Below, piece by piece: positions 1 through 11,452 of a DNA stretch of 43,784 nucleotides. The translations under genes were made by a program, and so were the position numbers. The notes under the pieces are model-generated. The model saw only the letters and a program-made list of their open reading frames with translations, ran no database searches and was not told the origin of the DNA. Each line of letters begins with the position of its first letter. Position 1 is the stretch's first letter. Origin of the DNA: Hyphomicrobium sp. (GTDB lineage: Bacteria > Pseudomonadota > Alphaproteobacteria > Rhizobiales > Hyphomicrobiaceae); assembly GCA_031375665.1 (NCBI GenBank), contig JANMII010000045.1, forward strand, positions 1 through 43,784. The letters run 5' to 3'.

Positions 1-340
1 GCCTTCTCCCATTGGGAGAAGGTGGCCGAAGGCCGGATGAGGGGGCGCTATTTGCAATCAGCCTTTGTCTGCAAGCCCCTCACCCCAACCCTCTCCTCAA
101 GGGACAGGGAGAAGAACAGTGCTAGTCTGGCATTCTTGATCAACTTTGCCTTCTCCCACGGGGAGAAGGTCGCCGCTGGCCGGATGAGGGGGCGCTATTT
201 GCAATCAGCCTTTGTCTGCAAGCCCCTCACCCCAACCCTCTCCCCAAGGGAGAGGGAGAAGAACAGCGATGGTCCCGGTTTATTGTTCCGCTAGCCCTTC
301 TCCCATCGGGAGAAGATGGCCGAAGGCTGGACGAGGGGGC
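1..340. repeat. Tandem array of palindromic REP/REPIN-like units, period 147 bp (about 2.3 copies visible, may extend upstream of the window)
   Basis: Units start at 1, 148 and 295. Each has a CCTTCTCCC-nnn-GGGAGAAG hairpin. The two full units also carry an inverted related element CCCCTCACCCCAACCCTCTCC-nnnn-GGGA(G/C)AGGG. Confidence 0.9.
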
Positions 341-400
341 AACGCCGCAGATGCCGTCGATCATGTTTGCTAATCGCTCGGGCAATGTTAAGCGCTGCGC

Positions 401-1585
401 ATGACGTCATCTGAACACGCGCTCTGGGTCGAGCGGCTCGCGCTGACCAATTTCCGCAGCTACACCTCAACCGCGATTGAAACCAGCGCTGGGCCGCAGG
501 TCATCGTCGGCGCCAACGGGGCCGGCAAAACCAATTTGCTGGAAGCCATTTCGCTGCTGGCGCCGGGGCAGGGATTGCGCCGCGCGCCGTTCGCCGAATT
601 AGCTCGGGCAACGGGCGACGGCAGCTTTAGTGTGGCTGCGCACGTGCATACGTTGACGGGCGCGGCCGACATCGGCACTGGGCTTGCTGCATCGTCCCCG
701 TCGAGTCAACTCAACGAACGAACTGCTGAACGTGTTGGCGGCCGCATCGTCCGCATTGACGGTGTCGCACAAACCGGGTCTGGCGTGCTGGCCGAATATC
801 TCGAAATCGTCTGGGTCACACCGGCGATGGATGGACTGTTCACCGGCGCTGCCGCCGAACGTCGTCGGTTTCTCGATCGTCTAATCTTGTGTTTCGACGC
901 CGCCTATCGCGCTATCGCTGGCCGCTTCGAGCGGGCGATGACGAGCCGCAATCGGTTGTTGAGTGATGGCGTCCGCGACGCCGGCCAGCTCGCCGCCATC
1001 GAGCGCGTGATGGCCGAGGCCGGTATCGCCGTTGCTGCGGCCCGCATGGAAGCCGTCGCTGCCATGGGAAAAATCGTGGAGCAACGCAAGCAGCGCGACC
1101 CGGATTCGGCTTTCCCCTGGTCGGAGGTCAATGTGGAAGGCAGCTTGGTAACCGATCTTATGACGCTGCCCGCGATCGCGGCTGAAGATGCTTACGCCCG
1201 TGTGCTTGCCAACGCCCGCGAGCGTGACCGTGCGGCGGGGCGCACACTCGATGGACCGCACCGTTCAGATTTAATAGTGGGGCATGGCCCCAAAGCGATG
1301 GCAGCGCGACTCTGTTCGACAGGCGAGCAAAAAGCACTGCTGATTGGCCTCGTGCTGGCACACGCCGAATTGTTGACCGAACGCCAGGACGGGGCTGCAC
1401 CGATTTTGCTGCTGGACGAAATCACAGCGCACCTTGATGTGGCGCGGAGGGCTGCGCTGTTCGATGAAATTCGCCGCTTAAGAGCGCAGGCGTGGATGAC
1501 TGGTACCGACATAGCGGCGTTCGACGCGTTAGCCGGGGCAGCCCGATTCTGGCGGGTGGACGAGCAGATTACAGCTGTGCCGTGA
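401..1585 (+). CDS. recF: DNA replication/repair protein RecF
   Basis: NFRSY, Walker A GANGAGKTN, RRRFLDR, GPHRSDL, STGEQK and LLLDE motifs; lies directly upstream of gyrB. Confidence 0.97.
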   Translation: MTSSEHALWVERLALTNFRSYTSTAIETSAGPQVIVGANGAGKTNLLEAISLLAPGQGLRRAPFAELARATGDGSFSVAAHVHTLTGAADIGTGLAASSPSSQLNERTAERVGGRIVRIDGVAQTGSGVLAEYLEIVWVTPAMDGLFTGAAAERRRFLDRLILCFDAAYRAIAGRFERAMTSRNRLLSDGVRDAGQLAAIERVMAEAGIAVAAARMEAVAAMGKIVEQRKQRDPDSAFPWSEVNVEGSLVTDLMTLPAIAAEDAYARVLANARERDRAAGRTLDGPHRSDLIVGHGPKAMAARLCSTGEQKALLIGLVLAHAELLTERQDGAAPILLLDEITAHLDVARRAALFDEIRRLRAQAWMTGTDIAAFDALAGAARFWRVDEQITAVP

Positions 1586-1617
1586 TGGCCTGCTGCCCAC
1601 CTCCAAATGGCGAGACT

Positions 1618-4193
<2,576 letters not shown>

Positions 4194-4252
4194 GTTTTCG
4201 GGTCCATGCTCGAATTGACGTTGCGTGACCGCGTGTGCGGTTTATCGCCAGC

Positions 4253-4789
4253 TCACTCAACACGATAGGTCGTTGTGATGGTTTCGCCAGAAGCACCGCC
4301 GCGATGTACGGCAACGCCCGTGCTGCCGTGTTTTTCCAGATGGCGCTTGAGCAACGCAACGTTCTTCGAGTTTGAGCGGTAGGCGACATCGAAGAGGTCA
4401 CCGACGAACGGCACGCTGCCAACCACCGTGTCGATCGCCGTATTCGCGACCATACGCGCCATGATCAATTTCGACACGCCCAAGCGCCGCGCTTCCCAAA
4501 TCACGTATGACGAAATCATGCCGGAGACCGCATCGCCGACGACGGGCAGCAGGCCCAGTGCGGCGTCCAAACCCATGACGATGTTGGTGCCGGGGATCTT
4601 GATTGCGCTGTCCATGACCTTGGCAAGCGCATCGAGCCGGGCCACCGCATCTTGTACGTTGGTGTCTCGCGTCACAAAGGCGTCGGCCCGTCCGTCGGCA
4701 CCCGGAGCGCGCTGGCGCGCGTTACCACGATTTCCCGTGCCGCCAGAATTCGCAATGTTCAGCGTGAGCGAAGATGGACAAGGCGACAT
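4253..4789 (-). CDS. DUF4112-family membrane protein (start uncertain)
   Basis: LAKVMDSAIKIPGT..GLDAALGLLPVVGD..GSVPFVGDLFD..N pattern. The ORF-track start at 5020 overlaps the Kef gene, so ATG 4789 or a later start is more plausible. Confidence 0.8.
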   Translation of the reverse strand: MSPCPSSLTLNIANSGGTGNRGNARQRAPGADGRADAFVTRDTNVQDAVARLDALAKVMDSAIKIPGTNIVMGLDAALGLLPVVGDAVSGMISSYVIWEARRLGVSKLIMARMVANTAIDTVVGSVPFVGDLFDVAYRSNSKNVALLKRHLEKHGSTGVAVHRGGASGETITTTYRVE

Positions 4790-4940
4790 TGAAAACTCCG
4801 ATGCGCACAGATTTGCGGCTGTCGAGACGTGGGCGCGCAGGAATGATTTTTCAAGGTCATCGCGCGTGGCATCACGCCAGCTAACGCGCGCAGTGTCCGT
4901 CAGTTCCTCAGCCAGCGATGGCCAAGCCGTTGAGGCTCGG

Positions 4941-6728
4941 TCAGGCTTTGCGCTTTGGAAACGCGCGCGTTTCGGTGCCCGCTCGCTTCGCTGCACCCTG
5001 GAGTTCAGCCCTGAAATCATCGCGGCGCTGATGGACGGACGCGATCACCAGCCCGGTCGGCACACCAAGCCCGACCAAAGCCGCCTCCGACAATTGCAAG
5101 CTCGCCTCTATGGTTTCGGGCACCGCGTCGTTGACGCCGAGACTGTAGAGATGACTGGCGTGATCGGCGTCTTTGGCGCGCGCGACGATCAGCAGCTTGG
5201 GGTATGCCTCACGCAGCGTTGTGACGATCTGATCGATTTCAGCGCGCGTGTGGATCGTGATGATCGCAGCCTTGGCTGTATCCAATCCGCATTTATTCAA
5301 GAACTCTAATTGCCGGACATCGCCGAAGTAAACGGGCTTGCCCTCGCGCCGCGCTGATCCAACCAAGCGCGGTTCGCGATCGACAGCGATATACGACACG
5401 CGCTGCTCGTCGAGCATTTCGCAAATGAGCTGCCCGACCCGGCCATAGCCGACCACGAGAGCGGCCGCTGGCTTGTCAGTCTCAGGCGTTGCCAAAAGTG
5501 CTGGATCGATAACAGCGGGTGCTGCCGTTCGACGGGCATAGCTGCGGGCCATATGCCCAAGCGCTGGGATCATCGCCATCGAGAGCGCAACCGAGGTCAG
5601 CAGAATTTTAGTCGTGTCAGCTGCAATCAGGTTCAACGAAACCGCAAGCGTTAGAACAATAAATGCGAACTCGCCGCCGGGGGCCAGCAGCGCCGATGTC
5701 TCAATGGCGGCTGCTCGTTGCACGCCAAACAGCCGTGCAAGGCCGTAAATGGCACCGCCTTTGATCAACAAATGCGGTAACGCAAATGCCGCGACCATCG
5801 CTGGGTTCGAGAGCAGAACTCCGATGTCGAGGCTAAGGCCGACCGAAAAGAAGAACACGCCGAGCAACAGCGTCTTGATCGGTTCGATCGTCGCTTCAAT
5901 AGCTCGGCTGTATTCCGTTTCAGCAAGCAGCAACCCTGCCACGAACGCGCCGAGCGCCATCGACAATCCGGCAACCGCGCTTACGAAGCTGGTGCCAACT
6001 GCAACAAACAGCGTCGCGGCGATGAACATATCGCGGTTGTTGGCTTGCGCGACGAGGCGGAACAGAGGCTTCAATAAAAAGCGCCCTATGACGATGATCG
6101 CCAACAGCGCAGTGGAGGCCTGTGCCAGCGCCCTGACGATGCCGCCACTGACGGATTGTTGTGCCTGGGGGTCGAGCACGCTGATCAAAAACAGAATTGG
6201 AACGACGGCGAGATCCTGGAAGAGTAAAATTGAAAAACTCGTTCGTCCGGTCGCCGTGGCGAGGCGCTTTTGGTCGGCAAGACGTTCAATCACGATTGCC
6301 GTCGACGACAACGACAGGGCCGAACCGATGACGAGCGCGGCGATCGGCGGCTGACCGAGATAAAGCGCGAGGATGCCGATCAACGCGCCGCTGATTAAGA
6401 CTTGCAAACCGCCAAGTCCGAAGACCAACCGGCGCATCGTCATCAGGCGTTCAAACGTCAATTCAAGCCCGATCAGAAACAAGAGAAACACAATGCCGAG
6501 TTCAGCGAGCGTGGAAATTCGTTCGGGGCTTGAAATCGTGATCCAATCGATCGCCGGTATCGATGGCGACAGCGCGCCAAGGCCGTGTGGGCTGAAGATT
6601 GCGCCAGCAAACAAAAAGGCCAGCACGGGGCTGATACCGAAGCGGTGCAGCAGTGGCACAACCACGCCGGCGGTCGCGAGAACCACCAACGCGTCTTTGT
6701 AGACGCCAAGATCACCAACACCGGCCAT
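4941..6728 (-). CDS. CPA2-family cation:proton antiporter (KefB/KefC-like) with C-terminal TrkA-N/KTN domain
   Basis: Many TM helices; LSSTAIV, LLFQDLAVVP and GGEFAF motifs; GYGRVGQ Rossmann motif. Confidence 0.92.
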   Translation of the reverse strand: MAGVGDLGVYKDALVVLATAGVVVPLLHRFGISPVLAFLFAGAIFSPHGLGALSPSIPAIDWITISSPERISTLAELGIVFLLFLIGLELTFERLMTMRRLVFGLGGLQVLISGALIGILALYLGQPPIAALVIGSALSLSSTAIVIERLADQKRLATATGRTSFSILLFQDLAVVPILFLISVLDPQAQQSVSGGIVRALAQASTALLAIIVIGRFLLKPLFRLVAQANNRDMFIAATLFVAVGTSFVSAVAGLSMALGAFVAGLLLAETEYSRAIEATIEPIKTLLLGVFFFSVGLSLDIGVLLSNPAMVAAFALPHLLIKGGAIYGLARLFGVQRAAAIETSALLAPGGEFAFIVLTLAVSLNLIAADTTKILLTSVALSMAMIPALGHMARSYARRTAAPAVIDPALLATPETDKPAAALVVGYGRVGQLICEMLDEQRVSYIAVDREPRLVGSARREGKPVYFGDVRQLEFLNKCGLDTAKAAIITIHTRAEIDQIVTTLREAYPKLLIVARAKDADHASHLYSLGVNDAVPETIEASLQLSEAALVGLGVPTGLVIASVHQRRDDFRAELQGAAKRAGTETRAFPKRKA

Positions 6729-6953
6729 TGCGTTCGATCATCCTCGTAACTGCACTCGCGCATTTCGCCCAATGGCATTCATCGTCACGGATTCGACTAT
6801 GGCGGCTGAAGCCCCATCCTACCAAGGCCGAAAATCATGCAACGCGCGCGCCCATCGCGCAGCTCTCACACAGCGCGGCAAATGTCCGTGCGGTCCTACA
6901 ACACCAACGTCTTGGCAGCGCCGTCACGATCACGTGCCAACGTCGGGCAGCGT

Positions 6954-6982
6954 TTAACCCGGTCTTAGTCACTGTGGACTAA
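6954..6982. promoter_or_regulatory. CtrA-like box overlapping a short inverted repeat upstream of PBP1A
   Basis: TTAA-CCCGGTC-TTAG (6954-6968; TTAA-N7-TTAA with 1 mismatch); TTAGTC-N6-GACTAA (6965-6982). Confidence 0.45.
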
Positions 6983-6988
6983 CTTACG

Positions 6989-9394
6989 GTGGAAAGACCG
7001 TCTCGTGACGGCAGCGCGAGTGACGGTTCACACATCGCGCGTGGGATTGCGTGGGGCATTCGGCGGTCGATGGGGTTGTTCAGGCACATCAAGCGCGGGT
7101 GGACAGAAACATCGCGTCTCTATCGCGAGCCCCCGAAACTCCCAGGTCCGTTCGCATCGCTATCAAAGCTTGCGGTCCAATCAGCTTCAACCGCGACGGA
7201 GGCGGCGGCCGCGTCACGCCAAGGCGCGCGCTATCTTCTGGCGCGAATGCCGTTCAAGATCCGCTGGTTGATTGCGGCACCGATGATGGGTCTGGCTGTG
7301 GCTGCGCTCTCACTCGGCGCGATGATGGTCTACTACACCGCGATTTATCCCAATCCGCTGACGTTGCGCAATAAAGACCACGCGCCGGTTGTTCGCGTTT
7401 TAGCGCGCGATGGGTCCGTGCTTGCTGAACGCGGTGCTGGTCATGAGTACGTACCGCTCGATTTTCTGCCGCGCCATGTTGAAGCGGCTGTCGTTGCAAC
7501 CGAAGATCGACGGTTCTTTGACCATTACGGGCTTGATCCGATCGGGTTGGTGCGGGCTTTTTTCACCAATCTCAGAGCGGGAAGATTTGCCCAAGGCGGA
7601 TCGACACTGACGCAGCAGCTTGCGAAAAATCTGTTTCTGTCGTCTGAGCGAACGCTATCGCGCAAACTTGAAGAGCTGGGGCTCGCTCTATGGCTTGAGC
7701 TGCGGCTGTCGAAATCCGACATCCTCGAACTGTATCTCAATCGCGTTTATTTCGGTGGCGGCGCTTACGGTATCGAAGCGGCCAGTCGACGCTATTTCGA
7801 TAAATCGGCGCGCGAACTCAGCATTGGGGAAGCCGCGCTGATCGCTGGTTTGTTGAAGGCGCCATCAAAGTATTCGCCGACCTCAAGTCCGGGGTTAGCG
7901 CGCGCCCGCGGCCGCGTCGTGTTGGATAATATGGTTGAAGCCGGGTTGATCACCGACGCAGATCGCCGCCGCTCTCTCGCCACACGGATTGTTTTCCACG
8001 AACCACAAAACACCAGCGATGCCGATGGCGCGGGATACGCCGTCGATTTTATCCTGGAAAAATTACCAGCGCTCATGGCTGACGGTGATGCCGAGCTGAT
8101 CGTTGAAACAACGCTCGATGCCAATCTGCAGCGCGTCAGCTATGACGCCGTCGCTACCGCACTCGGGCGGCAAGGGAAAATTCTCGACGCAAGCCAGGCA
8201 GCGGTGGTGGTTATGGACGTCGACGGCGGCATTCGTGCGATGGTTGGCGGCCGCAACTACACGGAAAGTCAATTCAATCGCGCTGTTAAAGCACGCCGTC
8301 AGCCTGGATCAGCATTCAAGCCGTTTGTTTATCTCGCCAGTATTGAAGCTGGCTTGCGGCCCGACAGTATGACTTTCGATCAGCCGTTGATGATTGATGG
8401 CTGGACGCCGCGAAACGACAACGGATCGTATGTTGGTCAAGTGACGCTGCGGCGGGCTCTGGCTCAGTCGATCAACACGGTTGCCGCGCGCCTCAATCAC
8501 GACACCGGCGTCAAGCGCACCATTGGCGCGGCTCATCGCCTTGGCTTGCGGTCGGAGTTGCGTGAGGAGCCATCACTGGCGCTTGGAACTTCAGAGGTTA
8601 ATCTGCTGGAGTTGGTCGGTGGCTACGCAGTTTTCGGTAATGGCGGCATGGCTGTGGAGCCTCACGTGATCTCACGTGTTCGCCTCGGCAGTGGCCGAAT
8701 TTTATTCGCCCGCACCGCTCAGCGCTCGACAACGGTTGTGTCATCCGACGCGGTTGGTGCCATGAACGATATGTTGAATGCCGCCGTGGTGTCGGGCACC
8801 GGGCGTCGCGCCGCCATCAGCCTGCATCCAACAGCTGGCAAAACGGGCACAACGCAGGATTTCCGTGACGCTTGGTTTGTTGGCTACACCAGTCATCTGG
8901 CCGCTGGTGTATGGATTGGCAACGACAACGGCCGACCCATGAAGCAAGCTGTTGGTGGCGGATTGCCAGCTGAAATCTGGCATCAGATCATGGCGGAGGC
9001 TCATCGCGGCAAAGCGCCATTGAGTTTGCCCGGCACGCAGTCCGATACCGGCCGAACCATCGCAGTGGTATCAGGACAACCGGCGCGCACACTCGTTCGC
9101 GCGTCGTGGGTCGACATGGCTGCCGAGCACTTGCCGTGGTTGGCTAAAGCTAAAGGCGACGCGGCCGAGATGGCCCGACCGTCAGCGCCGCCGGCTGCGG
9201 CGTTGTCATTGCAGCCGATGCTGTCGGGACCGCTCGCGGCAGAACCATCTGCCACCGTGGCGTCACATCCCAAAGAGCCGATAGACGACGCGTTTCTCGA
9301 TCGCGTGCTCAATGAGGCCGAGGCTCTTCCAGCCGTACCGCGTCGCGAGCCCGAACGCCAATCGGGTTTTCTGCCATTCAGTCAAGTCTGGTAG
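6989..9394 (+). CDS. Class A penicillin-binding protein (PBP1A family; start uncertain, alternative ATG 7070)
   Basis: Transglycosylase motifs EDRRFFDH, GGSTLTQQLAKN and RKLEE; transpeptidase motifs SAFK, SIN and KTG. Confidence 0.95.
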   Translation: MERPSRDGSASDGSHIARGIAWGIRRSMGLFRHIKRGWTETSRLYREPPKLPGPFASLSKLAVQSASTATEAAAASRQGARYLLARMPFKIRWLIAAPMMGLAVAALSLGAMMVYYTAIYPNPLTLRNKDHAPVVRVLARDGSVLAERGAGHEYVPLDFLPRHVEAAVVATEDRRFFDHYGLDPIGLVRAFFTNLRAGRFAQGGSTLTQQLAKNLFLSSERTLSRKLEELGLALWLELRLSKSDILELYLNRVYFGGGAYGIEAASRRYFDKSARELSIGEAALIAGLLKAPSKYSPTSSPGLARARGRVVLDNMVEAGLITDADRRRSLATRIVFHEPQNTSDADGAGYAVDFILEKLPALMADGDAELIVETTLDANLQRVSYDAVATALGRQGKILDASQAAVVVMDVDGGIRAMVGGRNYTESQFNRAVKARRQPGSAFKPFVYLASIEAGLRPDSMTFDQPLMIDGWTPRNDNGSYVGQVTLRRALAQSINTVAARLNHDTGVKRTIGAAHRLGLRSELREEPSLALGTSEVNLLELVGGYAVFGNGGMAVEPHVISRVRLGSGRILFARTAQRSTTVVSSDAVGAMNDMLNAAVVSGTGRRAAISLHPTAGKTGTTQDFRDAWFVGYTSHLAAGVWIGNDNGRPMKQAVGGGLPAEIWHQIMAEAHRGKAPLSLPGTQSDTGRTIAVVSGQPARTLVRASWVDMAAEHLPWLAKAKGDAAEMARPSAPPAAALSLQPMLSGPLAAEPSATVASHPKEPIDDAFLDRVLNEAEALPAVPRREPERQSGFLPFSQVW

Positions 9395-9422
9395 TGCGTC
9401 GAGCCGGGTCGATCAGCGGCTG

Positions 9423-10364
9423 TTATTTGACGCCGTGAATTGGCCCGTAGCGATGCAGATCCGGCCCATACACCTGCAGCCATGCTTTGGCTTGCGCAAA
9501 ATTAGGCGAGGTTTGGTGGACCAACGCCCAAAACCGAGGCCCGTGGTTCATCTCAGCGAGATGCGCAACCTCGTGAGCTGCAACGTAGTCAAGCACGTGG
9601 TTGGGCGCGAGTACGAGCCGCCAAGAGAACGAAAGAACGCCCGTGGTCGAACACGATCCCCACCGGCTGGTCTGATCACGCACGGCGATCCGGCTAGCCT
9701 GCAAACCCATTTTTCCGGCGTGATGGGCGACACTGGCTTCAAGATCGCGGCGGGCTTGAATGAACAACCAATCGCGCAGCCGCCGACTTGCCGAAGAGCT
9801 ATCGCCTGACACGCGAATTTCGGGCCAGGTTGACTGAGCAGCGCTGGAGGTGCCGGTATCGTCAGCGCCAACATCGGACCCTGGAACGCAGATAGAAACA
9901 GGCGAACAGGTCACAAGCCGTGTCGACGCGGTCGGCGCGAATGCAAGCCGGTGTGGCACGCCGCGTAACGGCATCATGACGCCATGCTCGAAGGGCACCG
10001 AGCACGGCAGGCTGTCCAATCGTTCGCGCACCCAATCGATGTGGCGGTTCAGAAACGATCCAGCTTCATCGAGATCACACTGAACGGGAATGGTGACGAT
10101 GACGGCGCGCCGCGTGCGGCTCACGCGCAGTGTCAGTCGTCGGGCGCCAGGGTGGCGGCGCACTTCCAGGTTGGCGCCGATGTCAGCCAAAGTTGAGTTT
10201 TGTTTGCCTGTTGTGTTCAGCGTTGTGCAGAGGGCTGTGTTCAGCATCGCTTTCACCGGCTTCTGCACCGTTGCGACGGCTGAGGCTGCTTTGGTTCGTG
10301 GTGCGCTATTCATGGGTGGTGGAGATGATGCTGGAGAGAGAGCCGACGCTCGCGTCTTGCGCAT
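9423..10364 (-). CDS. M48/YgjP-like zinc metalloprotease family protein (start uncertain)
   Basis: RWGSCS, LSFSWRL and YVAAHEVAHLAEMNHGPRFW motifs. Confidence 0.9.
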   Translation of the reverse strand: MRKTRASALSPASSPPPMNSAPRTKAASAVATVQKPVKAMLNTALCTTLNTTGKQNSTLADIGANLEVRRHPGARRLTLRVSRTRRAVIVTIPVQCDLDEAGSFLNRHIDWVRERLDSLPCSVPFEHGVMMPLRGVPHRLAFAPTASTRLVTCSPVSICVPGSDVGADDTGTSSAAQSTWPEIRVSGDSSSASRRLRDWLFIQARRDLEASVAHHAGKMGLQASRIAVRDQTSRWGSCSTTGVLSFSWRLVLAPNHVLDYVAAHEVAHLAEMNHGPRFWALVHQTSPNFAQAKAWLQVYGPDLHRYGPIHGVK

Positions 10365-10579
10365 TTCGTTTAGACCTTTCGGCGTGAGGGGGTCACGCGA
10401 CAGACGCACGCTGGCTGATCGCAAGGTGAAACGCAATTGAATCGACGATCAATTTTTTTATTGACGTAGCAATGTTCGCGTGAAGCCTCTAGGGCTGGCG
10501 CGCAACACGTGATGACGTTTGCCGATGTGTCGACGTGTCGATGATTGGGTAACTCGTCTCAGCGCTAAGTGTGAAAAAA

Positions 10580-11230
10580 TTACTTCAACGCTTTGGTCAG
10601 TGCGCTTGCCACTTCGTTCACATCCGTTGAATGCGGAATTGGCGCAATGAACTGTCCGTTTTTGCCCATGACATAAAACAATGCCGCGTGGTCGTAGCTG
10701 TAAGCGCCCGGTGTTTTGTCGTCTTCGACTTTTTGCGCGTAGACGCGATACGTTTTGATGGCAGCCGCGATTTCGTCAGAGCTGCCGGTCAAGCCTACCA
10801 GACGGGGATGGAAGCTCTTGACGTAGGCTGCGAGTTTTTCAACTGTGTCGCGCTCGGGATCGACCGTGATGAATATCGGCGTGACGGCGTCTGCTGTGGG
10901 ACCAAGTTTATCAAGCGCAGCGGACATGACTTGTAACCCCGACGGGCATATGTCAGGGCTGTTGGTAAAGCCATAAAAGACCATCAGATAACGGCCGAGG
11001 AAATCTTTATCGGTGACGCGCTGGCCGGTGTGATCGGTAAGGGTAAATGGGCCGCCGACGAGTGCCTTACCCGTCGTCGCTTCGCTGACTGGGCCTGTCG
11101 TCGCTTCGCTAGGTGACGCTGCTTGGCCGACCGGTCCGCTGGTCGGTTGAACGGGCTGGAGCCACAGTACGGCGAGGGCCGCACCCGTTACGAGACCCGC
11201 GAGCGCCAAAGACACCACTTTTATGTTCAT
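10580..11230 (-). CDS. senC: SCO/SenC/PrrC copper chaperone family protein with atypical SxxxC motif
   Basis: GGPFTLTDH, GFTNSPDICP, FITVDPERDT and YDH motifs; N-terminal TM; divergent from regB. Confidence 0.9.
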   Translation of the reverse strand: MNIKVVSLALAGLVTGAALAVLWLQPVQPTSGPVGQAASPSEATTGPVSEATTGKALVGGPFTLTDHTGQRVTDKDFLGRYLMVFYGFTNSPDICPSGLQVMSAALDKLGPTADAVTPIFITVDPERDTVEKLAAYVKSFHPRLVGLTGSSDEIAAAIKTYRVYAQKVEDDKTPGAYSYDHAALFYVMGKNGQFIAPIPHSTDVNEVASALTKALK

Positions 11231-11452
11231 GCGCTTGATGTCTCCGGCCAGGTTTGCGTATTTAGCGGTCAGTAGTGGGCTATCGGGCAACGTCATTCAA
11301 GTTACGTGACGCCGCGTTCGTTGGCTGCGTCCTCGCGTCACGATCGGTGTTGAATTTTGTTATGAGATCACGCCGACGCGGCGCAATACATACACGCAAA
11401 CGCATGAAGCCCGGTCGCAGTTTGACGTCAAACATCAAAGGACAGCCGAAAC

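Noticed and set aside
22-294. 90-aa ORF with an internal repeat
   Set aside because: It is the translation of the 147-bp (49-codon) palindromic repeat, with no independent coding evidence
1-340. CRISPR array interpretation
   Set aside because: The repeat (~119 nt) is far too long, the linkers are related to each other, and there are no cas genes in the window
4428-5309. 293-aa plus-strand ORF
   Set aside because: Antisense shadow of the DUF4112 and Kef genes, with no recognisable motifs
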